From assembly GCF_036321535.1 (NCBI RefSeq), contig NC_087436.1, forward strand, positions 41,480,001-41,544,000: a stretch of 64,000 bases of DNA, written 5' to 3'. The notes beneath the pieces are model-generated. The model had not been told where the DNA came from and did no database searches. It saw only the letters and a program-made list of their open reading frames with translations. The position numbers and the translations under genes were made by a program. Every line of letters begins with the position of its first letter. The stretch's first letter is position 1. Positions 40,480-52,410 of this stretch are shown one piece after another. Origin of the DNA: Camelus dromedarius. Lineage: Eukaryota.

Positions 40480-41212
40480 CCCGGAAGATTTTTATTGTAA
40501 AGAGAGCTGTTAGTGTGCTTTGTATTTTCTCTCCTCAAACCCCAATTCAAGGGGGATGAGAGAAAGTGCTTCTTTCGTATCAAGACAATTGAAGGACCTC
40601 AGCTAATCATTGGGAAAGCTCTCTGAGTTCACTGGAGTCCAGGGGACATCTGATTCCATCTGGTCAACTCTAAAGTGAGCAGTGACTACTAGAGTTGCCA
40701 CTGTTAAGCAGCGGAGCGTGGAGAGCTGGCACTCCCAGAAATGGGCTGTGTAAGGATGCACATAATTTTCCTGTGAACTTTGCATAAGGAGTCAGAGAGG
40801 TTCTTCTCTGTCCAGAAGATATGCTTGAAGGGGCTAGGATACACAGACACTGGTACCCATCCAGGGCTGTAGGAAAGATGCACAGTCAGAGGAGACATTA
40901 CTCACTTAGCAGAGTGAACTACCAATGAGAGATGCTCAGCAGTGGATTTCTCTAGAATACCCACGTGAGTATCACCTAACAGAAATATCCAGAAATTTTG
41001 AATCTACCATGCATAGATTGCTATATCACCCCCTTACATCAAAAAAGTCATCTGCAAACTTTCACTGTGTCTTCATTGCTCTCCTGCAACTGCTCCTGTC
41101 ATATGGAAGGGGTTAAAAGCACACAAAGAAGAAGTGAGATGTGGAGCAAGGAAGTGAGTAACAGACACTTGTGTATGCAATTTTATCTGAGGAGAGAGTT
41201 TGAAAAGACAAT

Positions 41213-41706
41213 TGTCAACTGAAATAAATGCGCAGCCTAGAAGTTAAGAGTTATGTTTTATTTGGTGGGAGGACTTGAGTCAGGATGACAACCTCTCAGA
41301 TCGCTCTGAGGGACTGCTCCGAAGAGGTAGGGGAGGAGCTAGGATATATAGGAGCTTTACAACAAAGACCAGGTAGTTGGAACAATAAAAGATTGCTTGT
41401 TATCTAAAGAAAACCAGGCATCTTAAGTTAAAGAATTTAGTGCTTTTCTATGTATGGGAGGAAGCAAACATTTGGGCTCACTAAATTCATTCCTTTGACA
41501 AGTGTCTAGCTATCTAGGGCCAGTATCCTGTCCTTTCTTATTCTGAGTCTGCTCAGAGTGCACCATTGTGAGTGGCTGCAGAGGCTGGGCTGCAGGCCTG
41601 TCCTCACTGGAGGGTGGCGGTAGCCACTGATGACTTGGTTTCAGCATTGTTTGTTTACTGATATGGTTGCAGTATTTTCATTCACATTGCAGTATTTTCG
41701 TTCACA
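41213..41706 (-). mobile_element. Solo LTR, ERV1-like (family B, copy 1)
   Basis: TG…CA ends, perfect TSD CAAT; TTTATT (minus-strand poly(A) signal) near 41257; homologous to 44169-44640. Confidence 0.92.
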
Positions 41707-42699
41707 CAATGAGTAAAATAAAAAGTTTCTCTTATAAAGTCTAGTTTATTCAAAATACTTTAAACATAAATAAAAAAAATCCTGATTTACACTTTATATT
41801 ATATACTTTAATTTAAAAAATTAAGTTACTGTGTGTACAGATAATATATATGAAATGTCAGTCTCCCCTTTTCCCTAGAGTATTTGCGCAAAAGGGAATT
41901 ATCCCTAATCATTTCCTAGGGCAATTCTAGCATGTAACTGCCTCTCTGTGCCATTTTCATCTCTATCCATTCAGTCTGCTGCTTATTGTGGCAGGAAGGA
42001 TCTGAATACTATCATTGCCCTTCACAGTGCTGGCCTCCCCATTGTAACTTAAGCAGAGGTGTGGATATTGGTAGATCACTGCTTTGTGCTGTTTTTACTC
42101 CCAGTACTGTTGTTTGAGGCTTTCCTGGGTGTACGAGATTTTACTTAATGTTTGAGAAAATGGATCAGTTTTATTGTGAAACAGGACAAACAGCCTAAAG
42201 TGAATATAGCATATCTCTAATATTAGTGAAAAGTTAGTGGACATCTGCATCATTGCCTAGTCTCTTACTCCTCCTCTTGATTTGCATCTCATACTCTCTT
42301 CTTTGTTTATGCCTACTTCAAAAACACTGTTTTGTGTGCAGAGCAATTTATCTTTGTCCTTTTCCTCCCTTACTCCTTGCTAAACTGTGTCCTCAGGTCT
42401 TTACTTCTAGGCAGGTTATATTCATTTTCATGAACGAAAAAATTTCTAGATATATACATATGAATTTGTGTGCATAGGTATATATGTGCTTATAGTTTTA
42501 ATCTAGATATAAATATAAAGTAGAAAATATTTTTTCATTTCTTTTACATCAGATTCCTTCTTTTATTTTTAAATTTGAATCCTACTTTCTTTCATCTTTA
42601 CTAGCAGCAGTTTTCCTATATATAGCCGAGGTTATAATTAGTGTAGATGAATATATTTTTTAAAAGGTCTTCAGCAATCCTAACAGTATAAAATGTCCA

Positions 42700-43823
42700 T
42701 TTTAATCAGAATTCTCACATGAAACAGATGGTGATCTCAAAACTATAAATGAAGAGGGTTTAATGAAACAGTATCTATAGAGATAAAGACAAGGTTAAGG
42801 AAAACTAATAAGGGATGGTGAATCTCCCCAAGGCTAGCAATAGCAGTCATCAGCTATCACCCCTAGGCTGGTAGGGAATTGGAAGCTAGTGGTTATCACA
42901 TCTGATTGCTGTATCTATTAAAAAAAAAAAAAAAAAGAGGGGGTAGAAATCACTGCCAAAGTGCAGCCAAACAGAGGTTGAAGTGAACAAGGTAATAAAT
43001 ACCCCTACTTCTCTCTCCAGCTGTTCTTGAACCCCTTTCAGTGCTGTCCATTGGATAACTCTCCTGAAAAGATGGGGATGAGAGGCTTTGCCAGTTGTCC
43101 TTAGGAGCCAAATGTTCAGTCTTAGTGAAACAGGATGGAAGGGGGCAGGGCACAGCCATTCAAGGAATGCCACAGCAATTAACATCAAAATGGTGGAAGA
43201 TTCAACGCCCAGTAGGCCTTGAGGCTCAGGATAATGAGAGATTTAACTTCTAGTAGATCTTGAGCTTCATTATACGACCATTGTAATATGTTAGCATGGT
43301 GAATAATATGCCCACAGGCACCATGGCAGTCCCAAGGCTAGCCACAAAAGGTCAAAGAGTGGGAAATGGGCAACTTCCTGGGAATCCCAGCCTCTTCCCC
43401 AGGCTGCTTAGACTGGTCCTTCCACTTATTAGCATATGAAGACACTGAGCCCATAAAAACTGGCAACACGGTGCCTCGCGGCCGCCCCTCTCTCTCCCTC
43501 TTCGGAGATGGCCCATATTCTGTCTGTGGAATGTGTACCTACTTTTAATCTGAGCACCCAGCCCCCACACCTCGTGGCCTTTCTTTTGCCTTTTAGTGTA
43601 CCTCTCTGAATAAATCTACCTTTACTCAACTGTGGCTCACTCTTGAATTCTTTCCTGCGCGAAGCCAAGGACCCACACTTGGTGGGGCATGTCCCAGGAA
43701 CTCAGCCAAAACCTGGGACATGGCCCTCCTCACGCCCCACATCTGTTTTCCTTCATCATTAGTAGCAGGATAGAGTAGGTGTAAGAGTAGATCTGGAGGG
43801 ACAAATGGCGAATAAATTGTACA
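42700..43823 (-). mobile_element. Old ERVL-class 3' LTR (LTR41-like), split by the LTR at 43126-43758
   Basis: gaaacagatggtgatctcaaa…gggatggtgaatctccccaaggctagcaatagcag…cacccctaggc; right end gatctggagggacaaatggcg…tgtaca, followed by a minus-strand polypurine tract (43824-43840). Confidence 0.65.
43126..43758 (+). mobile_element. Solo LTR, ERV1-like (family A, copy 2)
   Basis: TG…CA ends, perfect TSD TTAG; cccataaaaac (TATA-like) near 43452 and AATAAA near 43608. Confidence 0.93.
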
Positions 43824-44168
43824 TTCTACCTCTTTTTCCCTTTAATATAAACTCAGGTGCTTTGTTTGGATAAAAGGCTCAGGTGACTAAGCAGAGCAGT
43901 AGAAACGAGGAAAAAATATAAAACATGGTTGCTGTTATGTAGTTGATGATTATCCCTTCTTATATCCTTTTTTCCATGTGTTCATACCCTGTATAGGTGT
44001 GTCAGCTGGTTGGGAATGTTTTATGTGGAGGGTTAACTTGACATAAATCTTCAATCCCATGGAGCACATGTCCTCCATGCTCCTGTCTTTACCAGGGTGA
44101 CCAGTATTACTGAGCATCAGGGAATAGGAGGCACTGAAGAGAATCCCTTCACTTTATAATATAATAAT

Positions 44169-44640
44169 TGTTGGCTGAAATAAAATCACAAACCTGAAAG
44201 TTGAGAGTTATGTTTTATTCAGTGGACATTTCTGGGGACTTGAACCCCTTCGAGCCTGGGATGACAGCCTCCCAGATCGCTCTGAGGGACTGCTCCAAAG
44301 AGTTAGAGGAGGAGCCAGGATATATAGGAGCTTTACAACAAGGGCCAGGTAGTCAGAGCATTAAAAGATTACTTGTTAACTGAAGAAAAACAGACATCAA
44401 GCTGAAGAACTTAGCGCTTTTCTATGTATGGGAGGAAGCAAACATTTGGGCGCATTGAATTCATTCCTTTGACAAGCACCTAGCTATATAGGGCCAGTAT
44501 CCTGTCCTTTCTTATTCTGAGTCCTCACAGAGTCCACCATTGTGAGTGGCTGCAGAAGCCAGCCTCCTTGCTTGTCTGCATCCAGAGTTGGCTGACGACT
44601 TGATGGCCACTGATATGGCTTGCAGTATTTTTCGTTCACA
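44169..44640 (-). mobile_element. Solo LTR, ERV1-like (family B, copy 2)
   Basis: TG…CA ends, perfect TSD TAAT; homologous to 41213-41706. Confidence 0.92.
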
Positions 44641-44656
44641 TAATATACTTGTTGTT

Positions 44657-44804
44657 ATATGGTCCAGCAGTCCCACTCCTGGGCATATATCTAAAAGAAA
44701 CCGTAATTCAAAAAGATACATGCACCTCAATGTTAATAGCAGCACTATTTATAATAGCCAAGACATGGAAGCAACCTAAATGTCCATGGACAAATTTAAA
44801 AAAA
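44657..44804 (+). mobile_element. Short internal L1 ORF2 C-terminal fragment
   Basis: Encodes [45 protein letters not shown]; imperfect 16-bp flanking repeat (13/16). Confidence 0.85.
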
Positions 44805-45170
44805 TGATATAGTTGTTCTTGACACTATTGTAGAACAGCAACTTAATTTTTCCTTAGTGATCAGTATCAATCACTTTGGCCAGTATATTAACTCCTCTCT
44901 GTTAGTTCAGTAGCAAAAGCTTCAAATAAGTGGACCTTTTTAGTTTTAAATATAACTAACCCATAACTGTATTCCCTGGTGAAAACATTTCTTCTTGGGT
45001 ATTAAGACATCTAAATATAATGATTCTCAGGAATCACAGAAATTGAATGCCAAAACGTTGAAAGTGGGCTATTAGAGATGATAGGAAGGGAACATTCTTA
45101 ACCACCCCCAACCATGGATCCTAGGCTTTTGCTTTCTTTCTGAGAAAGAGCTCACACTGAATATTGGGCC

Positions 45171-45298
45171 ATAGTGACTATAGTTCCCAATTTATTCTAG
45201 GCAGTGCCAGTTCACACCTTTTGTCTTATCCTGTTGATAGTTTCCCTTTTCCCTCTGAAAATGTCCTTGTTTACACAGTAAGTTACAGGATCACCCCA
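45171..45298. mobile_element. Small hAT-Blackjack-like MITE (MER81/MER94-like)
   Basis: Ends tagtgactata… and …ggatcacccca resemble TAGGGTGACC terminal inverted repeats; about 130 bp. Confidence 0.45.
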
Positions 45299-45455
45299 TT
45301 AAAGGCACATAGGGCATGACATAGAATAACTTCTATGCTTGCAGGGAATTCTCTTTGCCTCCTGGCATTATGAATGATTCTGCGATATGCCATTTTGCAG
45401 TTTTACCAGGTCGGCTGCTTCTGGGTGATGGAACACATTAAGAATAGTGAATTCT

Positions 45456-45517
45456 TTTTTTTTTTTTTTTAACTTTTTTTTTATTGAGTTATAGTCATTT
45501 TACAATGGTGTATCAAA
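45456..45517 (-). mobile_element. 62-bp L1 3'-end stub with poly(A)
   Basis: Minus strand tttgatacaccattgtaaaatgactataactcaataaaaaa matches the 3' end of the L1 at ~35453-35492; 17-bp TSD taagaatagtgaattct / taagactagtgaattct. Confidence 0.9.
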
Positions 45518-48500
45518 TAAGACTAGTGAATTCTTGAACATGAACTAATAGCTCCACTTTTTGGTGTTTATACTAATTCCATGGTTGAGGGCTATATTTT
45601 TGTTATACCAAGGTGATGATTAAAACATTAGTGTAGCCTGCACATCAGTGCTGGTTGCCAAACTACTAGTTACCAGTCCAGGACTAGATAAATTCAGGAA
45701 CTGAGAAAAAAATAATCTTAGAAAATTTTATAGATTTTTAAAGCAGTTGTTACATGTAAGTGCATTATCAGTATGCTTATCTCTGAAAAAGTTATAAATC
45801 CATTGGGGTCAGTCAAACTTACATAAATTGAACATTGAACAAGCTGTGTACTCACCATGTACAGTAGGCTCCATTGTGATGTTTGACATTTTAAGACTAG
45901 TTTGTCAATTGTAACCCAAAATTATATAAAAATCTGAGAATATGTAAATAAAGGCAAATATTTAACATTATATTACAATAATTTTAATTTTTTAACTCTG
46001 ATTTTATATATTTAACTTTATTAGCTGAATTGGAGAAGTAAAACCTCTATTTATTTTTAAGCTGAATTTAAAGATGCCAAGATAAGCTTCACTAGACCTT
46101 TTTATTAAGAAAAGGTGCAGATATTCCCACTGTGGCAATAGTAGTAAGCCAAATGAAGACAATGGAAGTGATTCGGGGAAAAATTAAGATTGAAAAGGTT
46201 CATACTAGTTTTCTTTTGTAAAAAATTTCTGGTGAGATGCTATAAAACTAAAGTATGTTTGTTGAGGAGATATATCGACTAATGAAGCAATGAAACCATC
46301 ACAACTCCAGCTAACATTGGCTAACATTTGGGTGCCAACTGGCTATAGAATACAGGCATACCCTACTCCTTGGCACATTTTTAGATGTCATAATTGTTTA
46401 TTTATAAGGTGAATTGGAGTTTTTTTTTTTTTTTTTAATGGAGAGATTTGCAAAAGTAATTGAATTGGGAACATAAAATATGCTCCAAAAGGAAGAAACA
46501 AAAATTGTGTCTGGTAGGAATTTTAGTTGTGGGTTGAATATGTTTTTAAAGACTGTCTCTGGTAAACATGTGGCTTAAAAAGTATTAACGTAAATTTTAA
46601 TCTACTTTAAAGAAAGCTGTGTATCTAAGAATCTCACTGTATAGGTAATGGGGAGCTAAATAGTTTGTATAGTTCAGCAAAATGATGGAATACAAAATAA
46701 AAGAGAACTAAAAAAGACATCATAAAATAAATGATAAAACAATATAGTAGTTATGACACTAAACTGAAAAAATATTCCTACTGCTAAAGGGGGACATTTT
46801 AAAAAATCTAGCCTCATGGTAAGAAACAAAACACAATGTTTGTTTGATACTAGTAATGACTCAAGAAATACTTAAAACTGAATGACATAAAAAGTGGCCA
46901 TTAAACAAAAACAAAATAGATAAATAAAACAGTATATAAACAGCACACAAAATAGAATCCTTAGCACAAAATTAAATAATTATTTTAAAAGATCACTAAT
47001 GGACATTTTTTAAAGTAAATGGTCATTATAATTAAAAAAAAAAAAAACTGTACTCAGCAAGCACATTGGAAATTCTTGAGATGCCATGGTAACATGCATC
47101 AGAGTTGATGATTTAGGTTCAAAGCAGGACAAAGCTCTCCCAGTAGATGACTAGTCTCATTTGAATTAATTTACTCAAATTAAACACATTTAGTCTTGGA
47201 AAACTTTTAAAATACAAATGATAATATTTCTATGGTTTGATGAATAATTTTGTTTTTTAGTTTTATCTTTTATTCATTGTCATAAATCAGGCTTCCCTTA
47301 GAAATATACAATTAGAGTTTGGAGATTCCTTACAGATTTTAAAAAACACACATTTTAGAAATTAGTGAAGTGTGGCTCAAAAGGTTAAGAAGGCTGTTCA
47401 AAGAGGACTGGATTAGGACTAAATATAGAAATCAGGACTTCCTACCAACCACACCTCCTATTCTTTTTTCTCCCTCTTAATATGCATGCAGTACTTAACT
47501 TTACAAAATGCATGAATGAGAGCATATTAAATTCATTTTGAATTGTTATGATTATGGCACAAGAAGTAGGAACTCCATGTTAAAAATACGACTGTTTTTG
47601 ATTGTGCCAGATTTTCTCAGTACCCATGGAATCTGGTCTCTGACAAACTGGTAAAAATGTATTTTAGCTGGAATTATATGTCAGTTTGCTGACAGGGCTT
47701 ACATATAATTAAGCTTTCCTTTAGAAGGAACTATAAGTGCTCCTCATAGAAGACAGCTAATCATCTGTTTAAACTTGCTATGTATTTCCAATCATTGGTC
47801 AAGAAATTTTAAATTACAATTGCTTGAGATTATTAGTTTTAGGAAAACTTATGAGTTGACTTATAACTGATGTCAGGAATACGGTGATCACTCATCTCTT
47901 CTCAAAAGCCTTTTCTGCAAATATTTGTGAAAAGGGGAGCGTCTCAACTGATATTTGGACCACATAAAGTCAATTGAATCAGAGTGACATAAAAGAAGTG
48001 ATTATGTCAAAAGGAAAATAACCTTTAAAATTGGACAACGGGGAGCTGTCCGTTTCACTTATTCTTTCATTTTTCTTCTGTGATTTAACCTTATGCTAGT
48101 TTATCTTTGTATTTTAGATAGTATAATAGCTTTACTGGAAAAATAGATTTATCTCTTGTTTTGTGTTGTGTTTTTGTTGCTGTTGTCCTTGTTGTTTTCC
48201 CAAGTTAACCCAGTAAGGTATTCTTAAATGCTGCCACCTTTTACTTTCCAGGAAAACTTTTCTTAAATTTTAGATATTTCATTAGACCCTAAGGCTATTA
48301 TAATCTGGCTTACTATCATGAATGCATTTTATTTATATTAAAGTTTAAGTAAGTAATAATAATAACTTTTTTTTTGTATTTTTGTACGTCAGAGACAAAA
48401 ATTACAAAGTCATAAAGATGTTTGAAAAGATAACATTAATCCAAGTCAGCATCTACAATCTTTCCTCTACACTTGAGGTATTTTCTGGCTGACACAATGC

Positions 48501-51500
48501 TGTGAATACCAACTGTGAGTTTCCAAAGATTTGAATACCATATTTAGGCAGGACATGTTATAGCATCGATTTGGCTTTCAGTAGCTTTTCCTTCTTACAG
48601 CACAGATAGTAAAAAGAAGTTGCTTTTCATAAAATTAAGAATAGCTCTTTTTTTTTTTTTTTTTAAACCAGACCCAAAAATGATGAATGGCTCTGGGAAT
48701 TTTATCTCTCCATAAGAGAAGGATGACCTTTCTTGGTAAGATCATCATGTGTTTATGCAAACACCAAAACAGATTCATTGATTTCCCAGCTCTCTGATGC
48801 AATCTGAGATTTGAAAGTTCACAACAAAGATATAGCCAAGAGTAAGCTTATAAAATATAAAATATATTCCCAAAATATGTTCACTTTATGGTTAAACTTC
48901 CATTTTAATGTGATTTTTTTTATAAAGGAGTCTAAGTATTTTTATAGTTATCAGAGAGTGATGATTAATGGCATATGTGAATAATATAAAAATCTGTAAA
49001 AACAATTTACTATTGCAGTACCACTTTTGGCTAGGAATTTGTTTTTGAATTACATCATCTTGGAACACTTGCATCAAAATATTAAAAATGTACCATTTAA
49101 AAATAAAATGTATAAGGAATTAGTTCTGAATCCTTTAGAACATCAGGAAATTGCAGTGGGCCATATGAAAAATTATTATGACCTCATGAGTATTTTTCAA
49201 AGTACAAATTTTAATTAAAACTTTTTCTATTTATACAAATCACAGGATTAGTCTGAGAGGTTATTATTTAGGAAAATAATAGAGTGACAATTTATCACTT
49301 TTCATTTCATGTTATTTTAATTTTTTTGTGCAATATTGGCAAAATTAATGCTTGATGCCCCCTTATTGCCACAGCCAGCTAGGGGTCCCTGTTTCACAAC
49401 TCTGTGGAAAAAAAGTCGTTCTCAGCTTATTCTGTGTGACTGAAATTCCCAGAGTTTGGGACAGTAATTTGACATGTTCTGGGAAAAGCTGAAAGGACAT
49501 GGAATCTGAGAGAAATCTGCATTTCTTTTGAGTTCAGTTATCCAGAATATAAACCTGTCACTGTCAGCTGTCTGAGATCCACAATCTAAGGACTACTTCA
49601 CTTATAGAAACCTATCGGCATAGAGTTTACTAAGACATTTTGCTCCATGCAGGATCCTTATGCATCCTGTCTCCTCTTGTAGTGAGTGATATTTGAAGCA
49701 AACCTAACTTATAAAATTCTGAAAATTGGATAAAAGCACTTTAAATGTCTCATCTCCAGACATACCTTAGTTTTCCTTTTCCTGTTATTATCTGTGACAT
49801 GTGTGTACTGAATTAAATGCACATTTTGGTTTTTTTTAATTGTTTCTTTATATACTGTAGCCTCTTTTCTCTCTTGAACATAGTACCTCCATTCATAACA
49901 GCACTCATCACTCAAGTGTGTGATCATTTGTGTTTTCCCAAAAATACAATCTGTCTCTTCCCTGCCCATTTTCTTATCTCCTTTAGGATTCTGAGAGTTC
50001 TGTGTACCACTGCTACAAGTGGATGCTTTGGCTACTTATAAATCCTACTTTCTAAGAATGCATTCCTATAATTGTCAAGAAGGAATCAGCTTCAGCAGAT
50101 ACTAAGCTACTACTGTAAATATTTCCAAGGCTTGTACCTATATTGCCACTGAAGACCAATGAACTCTATGCCATCACCTGTCCATTATTGCTTTCATTCC
50201 TCAGCATTTGAATTTTCTAGGCCTCAAATAACTTTTATATCTGCTTCCAAGTATTGTATTTATGTTCTCTCTCCTATTCTTTTGAAGCAGGCCCAGCTAA
50301 ATTGTTTAAATTTTCTTCCGTTTCTTAAGCTGATTTGGTATCTTTTTCAATAGAGAGGACAAATATGTTTTCTGTATCTCAGTACCATGGTACCTTGACG
50401 TTTCTCTTTGTTTTAGGCCAAATCTTTCTTGTTTTTGCCCTAATATGTTTCATTTTATTTTGCTTTCAGAGCCCTCCCTTGTAAGATATAATGAGCCAAT
50501 AATTTGGAGCCTGCCAAAACATGCATTATTTAAACAAATCCTGTTGACTCTCACTTATTTATGGTTATCCGTCTAGGAGATATCTTCCCGATGTCTAATC
50601 AAGGTTTGGGAGGCATATTTTGTCAGTGCATTCATATAGCTCAGACTAACACTTCGCCTCATTCATACTCACACCACACGTAGACACACGCGTACTCACA
50701 CACACACACCCCCCTAACTCAAATGCTGTAATTTTAAAGCTTCTCTGATCATACATACTTTCCTAACTACAGCAACTGTCACTCTGAGCTTTCAGGACTT
50801 TTCCATAAAATTGTTTCAAATAATGTATAATCACCTAACAACTACTGACCAAATGATTTGGAGATTTTCCTCAATTGCTGTAATAATCAGCCTTCTCTCT
50901 ACCAGTTTCAGAGCACATCTCTTAATTATTGTTCTTGATCCTGCTTTCCCCTGGGTATATAATTCCAGCATGACCACTAATATCTTGACTTTGTTGAACA
51001 GTGTTGGGTCCCAGTGGCCTCTTTGACTTAGGAATAACTACACTATTCAGTATTTCCTAGCCCAATTTTAGCAATACTTAGGGATATTTATCTTTTAACT
51101 TGTATGTGTGTGTATATATATACATCTAGCTAGCTAGCTACTAAGTTTTTAACATTTTTCACTAAGAAATGCTTTATTTTATTTTTCCTTCCATTGCTTT
51201 TTCCTACTCAATCTCTTTCTAAGTCTCCAATCAAACCTGCTGCCTTGAGACAGTTTTCAGGTACACACTGTTATAATGGTCTTCTTTGCCTTTGAGCTTT
51301 TAGTAATTCCATTAAGTCTTTGTTTTTGTCACTTCTTTAAAAATAATGGTGACAGATGATATGTACTCTGTACACAAAAGTCTCCATATTGGTTTATGTG
51401 TTTATTTATAAAATTTATCTCCATTCTGGGAATTAACTTGCTATCTCAATTCTTAAAGTACAGCATCATAATCAGAGTATATATACTGAAAAATCTGAAA

Positions 51501-51879
51501 TCAGTTTGAGAGCCTGTACGGAAGTCAGTAAGAAACTGATGAAGGGAATAATTCTAGAACCTGTAGTTTGACCATATGAATTCACAGGTTTAATGCTGCC
51601 ATGACTTTATGCTGGTTCAGGGTGCAACCCAGATAAAGATAAGAGAAATAGAGTTCAACACAGTAAACATCAAATCCAGTGTTTCCTAATTCTTACCAAA
51701 TAATGTGACATACACATTATGTATACATATATGTGTGTATAATTAATAATACATTAGAAAGTGAAGAATTTTACACTTTAATTTTCTTCACCTTTATTTA
51801 ATAAAAGGTAATGTATTTTCATTTGGCATTTTAGTTCATTCATGTAATTTAATAATGAGATCAACCTGGGAATTTTTTT

Positions 51880-52030
51880 TTTAACTAATTTTTTTTTAAG
51901 AATTAATTGATTTATTTTTGGGGGGGGTAGTTAGGTTTATTTATTTATTTTTAGAGGAAGTACTGGAGATTGAACCCAGGACTTTGTGTATACTAAGCAT
52001 GCACTCTACCACTAGAGCTGTACCCTCCCC
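51880..52030 (-). mobile_element. tRNA-derived SINE, camelid Vic-1-like
   Basis: Homologous to 27602-27732; B box GGTTCAATC; TSD caacctgggaattttttt / caacttgggaattttttt. Confidence 0.88.
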
Positions 52031-52279
52031 CAACTTGGGAATTTTTTTAAGTGATTCTCAGGTGAGCTATATAGGGCACTACAGCCAGGCATAGTTTGAG
52101 ATGGAAAGTTGAACAAAAAATAAACTTATCCTCAAAGATTGTGCTATAGCTTTGACATGAATTTAAGCCCTCATTTGATCTGTTTTGGAGGTTTCTATAA
52201 TCAATACCTCAGTACTTTTTCAATCATTCATCTTTGACTCTTATAGAATACTGTCCTTCAAACTTTACTAGTCATCTGT

Positions 52280-52410
52280 GACTTTTTTATAAAAATGAAG
52301 ATTTAGATTCATTATGTCTGAGTGGGGTTTGAGTTTTTGCATCTTTAACAAATTGTGAGCTGATGCCAGTGGGAGTGGTTCTCAGCATGCCCTTTGAATT
52401 AGCAAAGCCA
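52280..52410. mobile_element. MER5A-like hAT fragment
   Basis: gtctgagtggggtttgagtttttgcatctttaacaa…tgatgcc…ctttgaattagcaa. Confidence 0.5.

Larger units (their letters stand above)
43824..45660 (-). mobile_element. Decayed ERVL internal region (PPT, dUTPase and integrase remnants)
   Basis: Minus strand near 45430-45377 reads HHPEAADLVKLQNG (ERVL integrase HHPEAAGLIERWNG). Minus strand near 45015-44960, ttagatgtcttaatacccaagaagaaatgttttcaccagggaatac, resembles the ERVL dUTPase start. PPT gggaaaaagaggtagaa abuts the LTR. Confidence 0.7.

Noticed and set aside
40867..40905. Minus-strand GTGAGT…ctgac…ctttcctacag intron
   Set aside because: Only 39 nt, too short for a mammalian intron; flanking ORFs are unrecognisable. 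The acceptor alone could be real but is unsupported.
42886..43668. Cluster of ORFs similar to those at 2280-2970
   Set aside because: The similarity comes from the shared LTR sequence, not from a gene family.
2214..43758. Family A LTRs as the ends of one provirus
   Set aside because: Opposite orientation, different TSDs, and about 41 kb apart.
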